NCBI GenBank assembly: GCA_011109175.1
Contig: RDEW01000012.1
Location: 200,525-264,524, forward strand
Direction of reading: 5' to 3'
Source: Dicyema japonicum
Taxonomy: Eukaryota > Animalia > Dicyemida
Length of the DNA: 64,000 nt
Shown: positions 46,620 through 59,689 of the stretch, piece after piece
Position numbering within the stretch: the first letter of the stretch is position 1
Layout of the letters: the number at the start of each line of letters is the position of its first letter
Notes under the pieces: generated by a model
The model's input: the letters and a program-made list of their open reading frames with translations, nothing else
What the model was told of the DNA's origin: nothing
The model's database searches: none
Program-made: the position numbers and the translations under genes

Positions 46620-48050
46620 CTCTTACCAAAAAACTACCAAATAGTTTGTGTCTACGGTACGAGTGTCAAACTACCGTTCCCAGATTTCTTTAATCAGGTT
46701 TGGTGATGTTGAACCTAACCCTGGACCCGCGTCATTAGAGTGAAAGATGAAGATACTTAAAATGAACATCAACGGACTTTCCAAAAAATATATTGATTTG
46801 CGTAACTTATTGCACAATTATTGTATAGACATTGCCTTTATTCAAGAAACTAAACTTACACCGAAATCAAGACTACTCGCTTCAAGAACTATTCTATATT
46901 ACTTTACGACCGCGCCTATCTATCCTCTAACAATTCCGATAAACGTGGAGTTCAATTTCTGCGTGATATGGAGGATTTAATTATTTTAAATAACCCTGTT
47001 CTACATACATTGTATTCTACATTCAGATCATACTAATACTTCCCCGGATATCTCACTCTTCTCAAACTATCACTCTCGACGCTCAATGGGATATCCTTTA
47101 TGATTTTCCAACTGACCAAAACACGATTTAATTACCTTCAACAAAATAAGAGGAGGAGGATCACAAAGACATATATAGTATAAACGTGGAAAGTGGGATT
47201 CTTACATAAACAAGACCGAACGTGTACTCAAAGACTTTTCTTTTGCATCTTTCAGCTATTTTGATGCTGCTGTCGAGTTCTTCATAAACTCTCTAATCGT
47301 TGCGGACAATTTATTCCACGTGGTTTTATGAGACCTTCACTTCCGTTTTGAAAATATTATTCTTTTTTAAAGAACACAGGAGGATTAAATTGATGAACTC
47401 TGTTGAATATAGAATTAAATATCTCTCTGAAATCAATAAACTCATTAACGATCTGATCTTGAAATAAAATATCATTGACTGGAAGACTTTATTTATTTTC
47501 TAAATCCTGTGTCTTTTTGAGAACCCTCGAAAAGATACATTCCATATGGACGTTCCCTCAATCCCACTCAACAGATCTCTCAAAAAATTGTGTCTTATCC
47601 TTCCGTGACCAGACCAACTTATTAATGGGTCACTATGCGAAGATAACTCACCTTCTTACCCAAAAAAGACTCTGTTATAAGAGACTCCATGCCCTGAAGC
47701 TACCAGACCTTTTCATTATTCCACAATCTCCAATTACTCAACTTGCTAACAAATCTCGAAACTCGAATGCAAATCTAGAACCGAATGGCATTATTTACTT
47801 TAACGAACACTCAATGAATCACGAATCAGTATGTAAGAAATCCTCAATCATAACTATTATGAAGCTTAACTTCGACCCATCTGATCCTTCTTATCCTGCA
47901 ATTTCCCTTTTGTCTGTTGTCTCGAAGATTGATAAAAGAATTCTACTATTTTTAATAAAACTTGTTTTTCTACCCTCTTTCATTTTCATCACACGTCCTA
48001 CCGTCGTCGACATCAATTCATTCTTCGAAAGAAGAGTTTTGATGATGGTA
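46620..48050 (+). mobile_element. Degenerate APE-type LINE with an N-terminal 2A-like peptide
   Basis: SLIRFGDVEPNPGP (DVEPNPGP at 46705-46728) in frame with the APE start KILKMNINGL..IAFIQETKL; RT start SYPAISLLSVVSKIDK near 47890. Confidence 0.8.
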
Positions 48051-48059
48051 ATCTTCACC

Positions 48060-48450
48060 AGTAGATTTGTTCAGGAGGGATGGTAAAAAGATCATTTTCA
48101 AATACTTCGAAGAGTTACTTATTCCCTCACAATTTAGGGAAGAACTACTGGGGAGATAAAAACCATGTCTAAAAAACTGTGTCTCCCTCCATTTGGCCTT
48201 CGTAAAACTCGGACAGCGCTATATTCAGATGGATCTCTGCCAACTAAGGTCAGGGATTTTTTTATTCAAGTCTTACCAGAATGATCTCCCTGAGAGCTGA
48301 CTACAACCGAGGAGATCTCATTGGTCGGGACATTTTCGCCGACTTGACAAGGGTGGGGGTTTAAGTGATTCTTAGGCTGTGTTGTATTTGTTCTCCGTCG
48401 ACATAATTAATATGGAGGTTTTTCCAGACAACGTATTCTTCGGTTTCTAC
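48060..48450 (+). mobile_element. Possible Gypsy/Ginger-type integrase remnant
   Basis: LLIPSQFREELL and QRYIQMDLCQL in broken frames. Confidence 0.35.
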
Positions 48451-49555
48451 TGATTCTTCAAACTAAGGGACTTTGAAGAGGTCAGAGAAATTGAGGAGTC
48501 TCAAAAGAGCTGCTAGTTGTGTCATAAATTCGGCGTTTTATGTCGAAGAATTCGATCCTTCTACCTCTGAGGATAACTAAGAGCTAATTCCGCGTTTCCA
48601 TGTTTGTTATTTCAGACTTGAATCCTCAAAAATTACAAAGACACTTGAGGGATATGATGAAAGGAAATATGGGACCATATTATTTTGAGAGAACTGACAC
48701 ACTGAAGGAAGAAGATTTGCGAACTGAAGACCTTTTCGTGGATTGTTGGTAATGGAGATTCTAGTTTTTTATGACCCCTCATACCCGTTTATTATTCAGT
48801 ATGATCCCCCACGGGATATTCCAATAATGGCTCTTATTTCCTCCTTTTGTTTAAATAGTGATTTTTTGTACTTTCCTGATAAAACGGTTATTTTTGTCGA
48901 ATTCTGTCTCGATTAGTTAGTTGGTGACATTTGTCGATTGTGTTTATCGCACCAAACGTGGACTTAGGATACTCTAATGTTCCAGGATTCTATCACAGAT
49001 ATAAAGAATCCTCGGTTTCAGTCGGAAATTTTGTACTTTTAGTAGAAATATAATTGCTCATACAAATATCAACTGCCTATGAATTATCAATCACAACAAC
49101 CTCAATCGTGATTACTTCTTGTTAGTCATCTATCATTAAAGCTGATTGAATTAAAAATATAGGGTTTCTGAATTATAGATAGGATAGGGAAGTTTTTTTT
49201 CCAAAGAACTCGTCAATTATGTTCAAATAGAAAAAAGCGTAATCCGAACATTGGGGGTATTCTGTCTTCGTCTATCTCTCTCCAGTGCAAAGGAAATTCA
49301 ATTCTCAACTCGATTTCCTGTGCAAGAACAAGAGAATCCGTTTCCGGACAGTAGTGGGCACAACTGAGGACGCTGACGTAAGATAGTGCTGTTAATCGTG
49401 GAAACTGTGATCATCTAAGTGTTTGACTATTTCGTCTTCCTTTTTCAGTGATCCCTGTGTTCTGAATAAATAAAACACTAAAATTATAAATGAAAAATAG
49501 TTCTATATCTTCGTGGAAAATCACACCAAAACCAATTTGGGCATATTGCACGGAA

Positions 49556-49825
49556 TACAGGGACGCCTATAGGATCCATCAGAAAGAATTCATTCAGATA
49601 ACGTAACACAATGTCTGACCTCTGACGTTCTTCCATACACCCCACAGCTTTCTTGTATCCGTCATTTTCCTTAAATAGTTTTGGTCTCTTAATTTGAGAC
49701 TGACATATCGTAAGTTCACGACACACATGCGTACTCCATTGTAGACTATAGGGATTGAATATACAGGATAGAAGCACATTGTGATGGCTAACTAGTCACT
49801 CAAACGATTTTTGGCAGTCCCTGTA
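49556..49825. mobile_element. Candidate Tc1/mariner-type MITE or deletion derivative
   Basis: TA-CAGGGACGCC at 49556-49567 and GGCAGTCCCTG-TA at 49813-49825 form inverted ends, each flanked by TA. Confidence 0.45.
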
Positions 49826-49899
49826 TAGAAATAAGTTTTTTTGTAAATATTGATTTTTAATATATCTATTTGTTTCTGGCCTATGGTAAAAATATGTAT

Positions 49900-50900
49900 T
49901 TTTAAAAAATATGAAAAATCGGTTCTAAGTTAGCCGAGCCCCCAGTTATTAGATGTGACTGAAGATCTGTATCCATAAATCTATTCCAGCTTGTAATAAT
50001 AGGAGCATTGAATCAGTCCCTTCAAAAAGAGATAAGTCGAGTATGAATAAGTTGAAAAGTGATGTGGAGGAGGGTTTTATTTAAAGGACGTTATGAGAGA
50101 AGACAGAATCTAAACTTTGATGGATGTTGGTTATCTAGTGTTTAGAGTCGGATAGATAAAAGTATTAAGACTTATAGACGTTTCTCAGTATTAATTAGAG
50201 CTTCTTTTATGTCCATTATACTTGTAATGTCCTTAGATGTACCTCGGGTTCATTGAAGCATTCTTAGATGAATTGTAAGAAAGAGGTGGATTGTCATAGA
50301 TGCTCCGATCTGAACCCATGCTGAAAATTGCAGGAGAAAAAGTAATATAATTTTCCAAAGTACGGTATTCAATGCAGAGATATAATGCATGTGAAGTCTT
50401 TGGTTTACCAGGTTCTAAAACACGTATATGTGAGTTCTTCCATTTGCTAGGGAGAGAGTTGGAGAGAAATTATCTGATTGAAATGTCGTGACGTTAATAG
50501 AATTCCATGAATATTATTGGGATCATACTTATATGACCTTTTCATATATCTTATTGTGTGTGTAACTTCAAGCTGGGTAAAGAATTCGACCTATCGGTTT
50601 GTTTTAGGTATTTTGTAGGCGAGGTTTTGGATCTTGGACATGTTCAATTTAATTGATCCTATATTGTTCTCAAGAACCTATGTAGATTTCATTTGACTCA
50701 TGGATGATAAAAGTTTTAAGATTTTATTTCTCTATGATGGTTGTGCTTTTATGTCCATCAGAGCAAATTGATGTGATTCATTTTTAGAACTTTCCTCTAT
50801 TAAAAATAACTAGTTTCAGAGTTGAGTGTAGTGTTATAAAATTTGCAAACTGCTCGAGGAACATATTTCTTTTCCGAATAAAATGTGTTCAAACCCCACT
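49900..50900 (-). mobile_element. Highly decayed LINE-like sequence
   Basis: Composition and short peptide remnants resemble the other Jockey/I-type copies; no intact motif. Confidence 0.35.
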
Positions 50901-51215
50901 AAATTAATGTATAACAAAGTTGGCCAATCTGTCTTCTTGCTTGTATTTTTGGGCTTCCGAAACTATATAATCAGATTGTGAAAGTCATAAAGACGCAATT
51001 TTTGAATAAAAATAAATAGGTCAGGTAATATTGGGTTATCATTTCTTCCCATTGGAGTATTCAAATGATGACTAAGAATCATCATTTTTAAAGAAGTCGA
51101 TTAATAGATTATCTCTCTTGTTGGTGAGTTAGCGTTAACAAGGAGATTTTGATCCTGGGTTTGATTTTATGTATCCAGAAAGCATCCAGTAAAGTATGTG
51201 TCATCCAACTGTATA

Positions 51216-51530
51216 ATAATAAAATAATAACAGCCTTTTTCACGGAGCCCTGGTATTAGCTCCGCATAGGCAGGACACTTTATTTAAGTAAAGAACAGTT
51301 TAATTTTAACTAATCGTAGAACCAAGGAATGATCTTTACTTCTATTTTCTTTTTCTTGTGTGTGGTCCTTTCTAACAATCCAGTTCCGCAGTTACAGTCA
51401 ACTGCTTCACTCGTCAAGGATTTTTAGCATCGTAGTTGAGTAGAACCTTCCACCAGGTGAACAGAAGCGAGAATCGAACCCGTAACCTAAGTCAGTTTAG
51501 CCCGACACCTATGCACTATGCCATCCAACC
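51216..51530 (-). mobile_element. tRNA-derived SINE (family A), most complete copy
   Basis: Minus strand has A-box-like TGGCATAGTGC (51513-51523), B-box GGTTCGATTC (51471-51480), a structured core, the tail GGGCTCCGTGAAAAAGGC and (TTA)n. Possible degenerate TSD catccaactgtata / catccaaccatata at 51202-51215 and 51522-51535. Confidence 0.85.
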
Positions 51531-51606
51531 ATATATGCAGATTAAATAAATTTGAATAAATATGTCAGGTAAAGAATATAAAAGAAATTAATTGCGTATT
51601 TCTTTA

Positions 51607-53690
51607 ATGATTATAATTTTACCACTATTGGTATTTTTAATACAAGAACAGGAAAATACACTAACTATCATTTCAAATACTCCTGCTATGGAATCAAGCA
51701 GCTGTGATGAGACAATTCATGGTTTTGATGAGATGACTGAAATAAGAAATATTTTTTTACTATCAAATAACTTTGAAATTTATTTTACGGAGAATTGTGA
51801 AAAACAAAAACTTGCATTTACTGCAATGTTTGAAGAAACTTCAATTGGATGTTTAATGAGAGAATGCGGAAACCGTTATGCTCCAATTATGATTGGTTTT
51901 GGATCTCCAGAAATAAGCAATAAAATAGTACCATATTTAAAAGAATTGAAAATCATAACTATACTATACGATTCCACTTATAAATTTTCAGATTATGAAA
52001 GTTCTTACCTTATAAGAATGAGTCATTCATATCATGACAGATTGGAAAAGATATTTGAACTCTCAATAAACCTAAATGTAAAAATTATGGTTATCCACGA
52101 TGAATTTTACTCTGAAGGTTCATCACTATCTGAAGATGCAAAAATTAAATATTCCGAAGGAATGGAATTATGCAATATAACATATACTGATGCTATTGTT
52201 TTGTTTCTTAATGAAATTCACATGGAATCATTATTAGGAAATGTTAATCAAGAATGCAGTAATATTACGCTGATAATTGGAAATGATAACCATCATCATA
52301 TATTCGATAACATATCGAATAACTTCTTTTCCATTTTGTTTATTGACACGTTAATAAATAATAATCATAATATCAAAACTCCATACCAACAATTTTTATT
52401 TTCAGTAAAAGTAGTGAAAAACGTCCTAGACAGTTGTTACATAAAGAATTGTCAAGTTTCACAAGATATTAAAAATTGTCTTTCAGTTGAAATAATAAAA
52501 AGATGTTTTTTAAATGTAACAATTACTATCGGTGATGATTCTGTTTCATTTGGAGTAAACGGGGAAATAAAAAATGAGTTAATTATTCACAATTTAAAAA
52601 TGGAAAGATTATCAAATTTTGAACAATTATTTTCATACAAGTGCATGAAAAAATGTAATAAGGATGAACAACAACTTATTAGTTCAATTACTGGCTGTGT
52701 AATCTGTGAAGGTTGTAATTCAACCACTCACCTGATTAACGGTAAATGTGCAAAATGTCCAATTGAGAAAAAATATAACCAGACAACATACGAGTTGTAT
52801 TATTTGTCTCATTTAGATGCGAGGATATTAGACATGAGTATATGTCTTTCAGTAGAACATTTTACTTTGTTTTATATATTATATTTTGTTTAGCATTTCT
52901 GGAAATAATTGTTGTGACTATAATTTATATGGCAAACTGGAATCACAGACTAATAAAATCATCAGGAAGAGAATCAATTATTGTCTTAATCGTCGGAATA
53001 TTAACTCAAAATATTTTAGGATTTTTTGACAATTATTAAACCAACACATAAAACCTGTTGGGTTTACATTATGTTGCTATTTAGATTATGGGAATTATTA
53101 ACACAATCTCTACCTGTTTGGTGCTTTATTCTTTACTTGTAAGATCAGGAAGATTATTTTACTTATTTAAATCAAAATATATTGGAATGTTCAAACTTAT
53201 CAAACTAATCACTTCCCAAAAGGCCATTTTGGCAGTAATCATATCCTTGAGTTTACTCACAGTATGCTTGTACCATTACTTTTAGACAATTCCAATTATT
53301 ATATTTGGAATATTTTATAATTTTATCATATTTGATCATGAAAATGAATTTTTTTCATGTGGGACATTATTTCATTCATATATTTTTGAATTTATTTGTT
53401 GGGGATGTTCGACTGTCATTACTCTCATTTTCACAATCAAATCAAAATCAATTCCTGCCAATTTTAAAGAGACATTTTTTATTTTTGTTGCTGTAATTGG
53501 GTCAACCATTATCTATTTCATATATTTTGTCATAAATGCACTCACGGACAAATTATATTTCAGAAAATTCCAAGATTTATTACGTCAATTATTATTCATT
53601 TTGATATTTCTGAATTTGATTGTTGCCAGTCGTATTTACGGAGTTTACTTTGCAAAAAGTGAGGACATTCATATTAGAGAGGATAATTAA
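51607..53690 (+). CDS. Class C GPCR (mGluR/CaSR-like): divergent Venus flytrap, nine-cysteine domain, 7TM
   Basis: Hydrophobic N-terminus; CMKKC..GCVICEGC..CAKC..EC cysteine domain; HRLIKSSGRE (cf. PVVKASGRE); SIPANFKETFFI (cf. VPENFNEAKFI); SRIYGVYF. One extra T in the 53022-53027 run shifts the frame. Confidence 0.85.
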
Positions 53691-53749
53691 TACTAACAAT
53701 TTCATTAATTCTGAGTTTATTCATAATCATAGTTTAATTAATTTGATCT

Positions 53750-54950
53750 CTCGACTTGGTGGAAATATCGACCTGGATATTCACAACTCAACAAGTGACC
53801 ACAATGAAGATCAAGAGAGAAATTGGGAGGTTCCAGAACAATTCAACTACAAAAGTGCAGACTGGAAACTTTACCGTGCGTTTACTGACACCCTACTACA
53901 ATACCTTTACCTGGATGATAGTAATTCCATAGACAAAGTAGTCGCTTATGTAAACTGCACTATCTTGGATGCGAGATCACTATCTGCTCCTAAACACCAC
54001 CTTAACTACGCAACATGAGAGAGCGGCCTTGGTCAAAGAAAGAAATCGACTAAAAAATCTGTCCGATTAACTACTGAGGATAAGCTCCCGCTGAGGATTT
54101 ATTTTATTATTTACGGGAATCCCCAAGAGGTGGGGAGAAGTTATCAGCTCTTTCGTTCCTTTCTGGAATGGGTGACACCTTCTCGGGTGAGCCACAAGAC
54201 ACCACAAGGACAAAGCGCAGATATCGAGATGGATGCATGTTCTCTCGTCTTTGAATCGGAATAGATCCACTGCTGAAGTTTGGAAAACTATTCAAGACGT
54301 CTCAAGAGAGAATGAAAGGTCATCTGAGGAAGATCATAGCCAAAATGATTTGAGTAACCTGATAAAATAATACGTTAAAACATCCCACATGGACATTAAG
54401 AAGTAAGATGGACCTTCTTTATATCTCAGTAAACCGAAAAGGGAACCATATATGATTTAATTTACTAAAAACGACATGAGAAATGTATTGAAAGTCATAA
54501 AAAACGTATTCTAATAGACCGGACAAAATCCTAAAGAATCTCGGTGATTATGGAATCGCTGCATTGACGAGGATATTCATCCACTCTATTAACAAAAATT
54601 CTATTTCAGCCATATGGGAGCTTTCACAATTCCGGTCGAGTTATTTTTAAACTAGGAAAAAAGAAGGATCCGACTTCATATAGACCGGACGAGTTATTTT
54701 GACATAAAGTGTAACCCCGGTTTAGAGCACTTTGTGCCCGAAAACAGGGAGTTATTGTTTTTTCCACTCTAAAATCTTTTATTTTAAACCATATAAATGT
54801 AAAAAAGGTAAGAGATTTTATTTTATGATTAATAATATCTATCAAGTTTGTTTCGCTGTCACGTCCTCGTTTCCAGCTATTATAGATAAAAGTGTCGCAT
54901 TCAATAGTTTCTTCATCATCAGCCTCGGTTAACATTTCATTTACAGCTTT
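53750..54950 (+). mobile_element. Degenerate Jockey/I-like LINE pieces plus an opposite-strand element end at about 54080-54300
   Basis: NSTSDHN..FNYKSADWKLYRAF (APE C-terminus) and FKLGKKKDPTSYRP (RT start). Confidence 0.65.
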
Positions 54951-55099
54951 GCCATTATTTCATCAGTTAGGCGATCATCAATATTTAAGACATCACGATT
55001 TTTTTGAAGTGCTGTGTAAAACACAAGTACTTCCATCTGACACCATGAGGTGAACCACAACAAATAAATAAAGTATATTTAAATCAATATTCTTTTTGA

Positions 55100-55460
55100 A
55101 TTTCCTGGTTTGTGTCGGATAGAGGAACAAGAAGGATATAAGTATTTGGGTGTTAATGAAACTCCAAAGTCCCTTATAATGTCTGAGACAAAGCGACAAT
55201 TTACTGAAGGCATTCGTAAAAGAGCATCGTTATTATGTAAGACGTCTCTAAATGCAAGGAATTTGTTCCTAGCATTAAATGAGTATGCTGTCTCGCTGCT
55301 AAACTACTACATAGGTGTTGTGGAGTTTGAGCCCAAAAAGTATGATGAGATGGATGTTTTGATCCGTGGAGTACTCAGAGAAAAGCATGTCCAGGTGCTG
55401 GCAGCCAATAAGAAGAAACTATATTTACCCCTTGATAATTTCTACTGTGTGGAGTAGTCC
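55100..55460 (+). mobile_element. R4/Dong-like RT thumb fragment
   Basis: GYKYLGV..RKRASLLCKTSLNARNLFLALNEYAVSLLNYYIG..MDVLIRGVL..KLYLP. Confidence 0.75.
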
Positions 55461-55882
55461 AACTAAGTGATCGTATCCTTATGCGAATGACATCCTGATA
55501 GCTGGGTCAAGTGTGTCTGCTATGGCAGATGGTTCAATTTGACAAGACTCTCTCTGAGTTGTTTCAGTAACCATAATAAGAGGCTGGCTAATAGGAAGGC
55601 GAGGAAAGTTTTGCTGATTATTAAGTATTAACTTTTTTATTGTTGGTGAAATAAAGTGGATTTGGTTGAAAGATATTTTGTTAAACTTATGGAAATTGTG
55701 AGGTGGAATAATTAATGGAAGGATAATCCACTGACGTATTTGTTATACGATTACATTAATATAATTAATTATAATCCAAAATTAAAATATAAAAAATATT
55801 TTTAAAAAAATAATATTAATTTATTAAAATTTAAAAACAATAAATATTAACTATAAATAAGTAAATTGACGCTGATGAGATA

Positions 55883-58800
55883 ATGTATTACTCACCGTGT
55901 GACATATCAGAAAACTTGGAAAACATAAAGGGTTATGAATTTTATGGAATTTCAGAAAATTATCAAGTAAAAGAAGTGAGTCTTTCACTTGAAGAGGATG
56001 GAGTATTGTCTGTCTATAGCAAGAAAATGGGAATGAAGAATATGAAAATATTTCAAATAAACATAAGAAAATGTGAGATTGAAAACCACAAAAAATATTT
56101 CACAATAAGGTACAATATGGTGTATTTAATCAATAATGAATATTCTATTATGGATTATTATAATTTAATAGTTTTGGACAAGAAAAACACTATTTTGTGC
56201 CTAAATCTCAAAATCAAATGGATGAATGGATGAGTTCATTCAAAGTTAATTTAATTTAATATTAGAATTGTCAAATCAAACAAGTAAATAACACAGCTTT
56301 GGTATTAAATAATAAATTATTGAAGAATAGTAATATAAACCATCAATATGGGTTTTTGTCAAGATTTAAAGAATTTGAAAATGAAAATTATAAAAATGTT
56401 GAAAAAATCAAAAGTAATTATAATTTATTTATAATAGAACATGTTTTTCCTATTTTAAATGAATACAACGATGATGAATTTTGCAATCTAAAAGACAATT
56501 TACAAAATTTGTAATAAAAATAAAATATTAAAGTGACGATGAATCAGAATCAAACATTAAAGTAGACTCCCTTCAACAGAAAATAGCAGAAAAGGATATT
56601 TTAATTCTGAAATTAAATTCACAGATTATTTCCCTCATAGAAAAAAATGATTTAAATACTACATTCAAAAATAATTTAGAAAATTCATTAAAAGAAAGTT
56701 ATGAAAATATAGAACGAAAAAACAGTGAATTAAACAGAAAAATGTATTTATAATAAATATTTAAGTAAGAATAATAAATATAATTACTATTCTCTTTATT
56801 TGTCATTACTAAATGACTATTTATTGATTCCCTGTGGGACAACTGAAGAAGGCTATTTGTACAATATTATTACCAACACTGTGGTTATCACTTTACTAAT
56901 CTCAGCATGAACAAAATTTACATAAAATATTTGATGAGGCAATTACTAAGGATTCTCGACTCCCTTCAGTTTATAGGTATTTTATTTTTGTATTAAGACT
57001 TTTGAATGGGGAAATCCACGTGGGATGAATTTGGGTTCAAACAAAGATTTTCAGAGAAAACGTCGGCAGTGTCATATATTTGTCGACAACTAAAGAACTT
57101 TTATAGTTGGGAGAGTTTGGAATATAAAGAAAACATTAAAAAGTGGAATGAATTCATTAATGGATATAAAAAAATAAACGTTTAAATAAAAATTATAAAT
57201 TAGAAAAATATTAAAAATTTAATTTATGCTGGAGTACCTAATAAATTCAGAGGAAATGTATGGTTTATTCTTCAGTCTGCTTATATAAACTCAATGATGG
57301 AAAAATATGGGAATAATTACTTTGCCTCCCTTTGTCACCAAGTTTCTATTGATGATAATGTACATTATATATTATTTTGATATATTATTCCACAAAAAAA
57401 CAAGTAAAGTTAGATTTATTGAGAACCCTTCCTTCAAATGTCAAGTTTGAGTCATTAGAATCAAAGGGGGTTCATTTATTAATTTATTATAGGTTGTACA
57501 GTTATATAATGTCCTTTTGGCTTATTCATTTCACAATCCTAAGATTGGGTATTGTCAAGGAATGAATTTTATTTCTGCCATTCTACTGCTTTTTCTTTCT
57601 GCAGAAAAGTCTTTTTGGTTTGTAATTTTGTTAATTCAGGCTTTTGATATCCATTGTTGAAAATATTTTTGGAAATGATTATTTCTCTGATAGTTTAGTT
57701 GGGGCACAAATTGATCAAACATTATTAAATTATTTACTCTATCAATTTATTCCAAATTTGTACAATCATTTTTCTAAACACAAAATTGAACTTTCTGTCA
57801 TAACATTTCCATGGTTCATGTCTCTATTTTACGACGCCTTCCCATTTGAAGTGAAATATTAATGATGACTTAGACTGTGTTGAGAATTTGGGATTGCTTT
57901 TTCTTGGACGGAATTGATGCATTATTTAGATTTACTTTGGCATTTTTCAAAACCAATGAGTCCTCTCTCCTCCAAATGCCAGACACAATTTCTATACTAA
58001 AGCATGTTAAATACGCATCAATTTCATCCGCCAATCAAAATTTGCTTATTGATGTTGGGACGAGTAATCTCATTTTAGAAAGCCTATGGGACTGAATTTG
58101 AGGATTTCCCAACAAAAAATGAAATAAAGTCAATGCGAGAAAATTATCTGAAAAATTATAAAAATAACTTTGCAAATCGAAAAAAAATAAAACATTCAAT
58201 TTTGGAAGATTCTGTACAAAGTTGTTGTTACTGTAGGAATATGAGAGACCATTGGAAGAATATTCTAAAGAATGCTGTGCAATCATAAACGAACGTTTCC
58301 TATAATTAGTTAATACTAGAATATGCGTGGATATCCTTCGCAAATAAATCAAATTCAATAATTTTTGAATTGTGCTTAACCACTGATAGTATGACAGAAC
58401 TTGCTATTGACGTTTGTTCCAATGTAATTTATAGATTGACTTATCAGCTGTGTGTATGATTGTAATAGAATCCTCGTTCGTGTTGATTGGAGGACTTTGT
58501 GGTGTTATTATTTGCATTGATATAAATGAGCTGTAATAATATATTAATAATAGAAATGTAATATGGAATTTCGATCTTCTGACACTGTTATGAATTTACT
58601 AATTGTGGAGAATGACATGAGGACAGTCTATGCTGGTCTCGCCAATGGAAATGTTGTCTTTTTTGATGTTAATGTCAATATTATTTCCAGCAAATTGATT
58701 GTTCCAAGACTCCCAATAATATTTTAGATATTTCTGTCTCTAAATGGCCAATTTCATCCACGTGTTACAGTCACTCTAATATTTTCTGTGCTGCTGGAAA

Positions 58801-59612
58801 TCAAGTGCATGTAATTTCGGCAAAGTTTATATTTATTGCTGATATATAGAACCATGAATCATATCCTAAGTTTTGAAGTCTCCTCAAGTCCATTTGAGTA
58901 CATTTCTCACATGGCTAAAAGCATAAATGGATTATGGATTGCTCAAAATAAGTCATCTGTTCTGGAACTAAGAGATTACAACACAGGAGATGTTTTATTT
59001 AGAATCGATACAAAATCTAGTCGTCATGGATTTTCCAACGAACCAAGAAAAGATTTAATTTACAATTTTGTTGATAGAATTACCAGTCTCATGGTAGACG
59101 TAAATGAAAGAATAATATGTGTTGGAAACGCAAATGGAAATTTTTTGGTTTACTATTGTCAGCAGGAAAGGGATGAACAATTCCTTACTCCCCAAATTGA
59201 GGATAGTCCTTTCGATAATAGGCAGAATAATAGAGAATTGACATTATGTGCTAATTCATTCGAGGATAACGAAATTATTAAATTAGTGTTGGACATGAAC
59301 GTGAAAACTACTGATCAACCTTTACGTTGTATTGTCGGGACTAAGTAATTTATATTTTAAACGAGATTCGGAAACCAACCGGTCGTTATCACGTGTTCAG
59401 GAATAAATACTAATAATGAAATGGTAATGAAGTGGTGCAAAACACTGAAAAATGTTAAATTATATTAATTGTAGGATTTATGGATTAATACAAATGTTGG
59501 AAGAACAAAGTCACCTATAAGAAATGTAAGACTTAACAAAATGGGGAATTCTGCAGTTAAGTTTATAAAAAGAGTTCATAATGATTATAATTTTAGTTGT
59601 CGAGTCGCATAA
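55883..59612 (+). CDS. TBC1D2: TBC1D2-like Rab GAP (PH-like, coiled coil, TBC) with a C-terminal ARHGEF10/17-JIP-type beta-propeller
   Basis: KNLIYAGVPNKFRGNVW, KQVKLDLLRTLPSN, HNPKIGYCQGMN, SLVGAQIDQ, ITFPWFMSLF and LRIWDCFFLDG. The frame continues through GT-AG introns (58051-58075, about 58213-58235, 58295-58319) into VYAGLANGNVVFF, IFCAAGNQVHVIS, GLWIAQNKSSVLEL and RITSLMV..ICVGNANG; stop at 59612. Confidence 0.85.
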
Positions 59613-59689
59613 ATCAGACAGACATTTAATTAATAGAAATTTGATTATAAGGAAAGTAATTATTAATTGTTGACGTATGTTCACATTAT

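Noticed and set aside
51455-51530. Functional tRNA gene
   Set aside because: A and B boxes are present but the acceptor and anticodon stems do not pair, and it runs into SINE body sequence.
53620-54018. GPCR tail fused in frame to a LINE endonuclease fragment
   Set aside because: The GPCR frame stops at 53690; the ORF-track ORF is a different frame.
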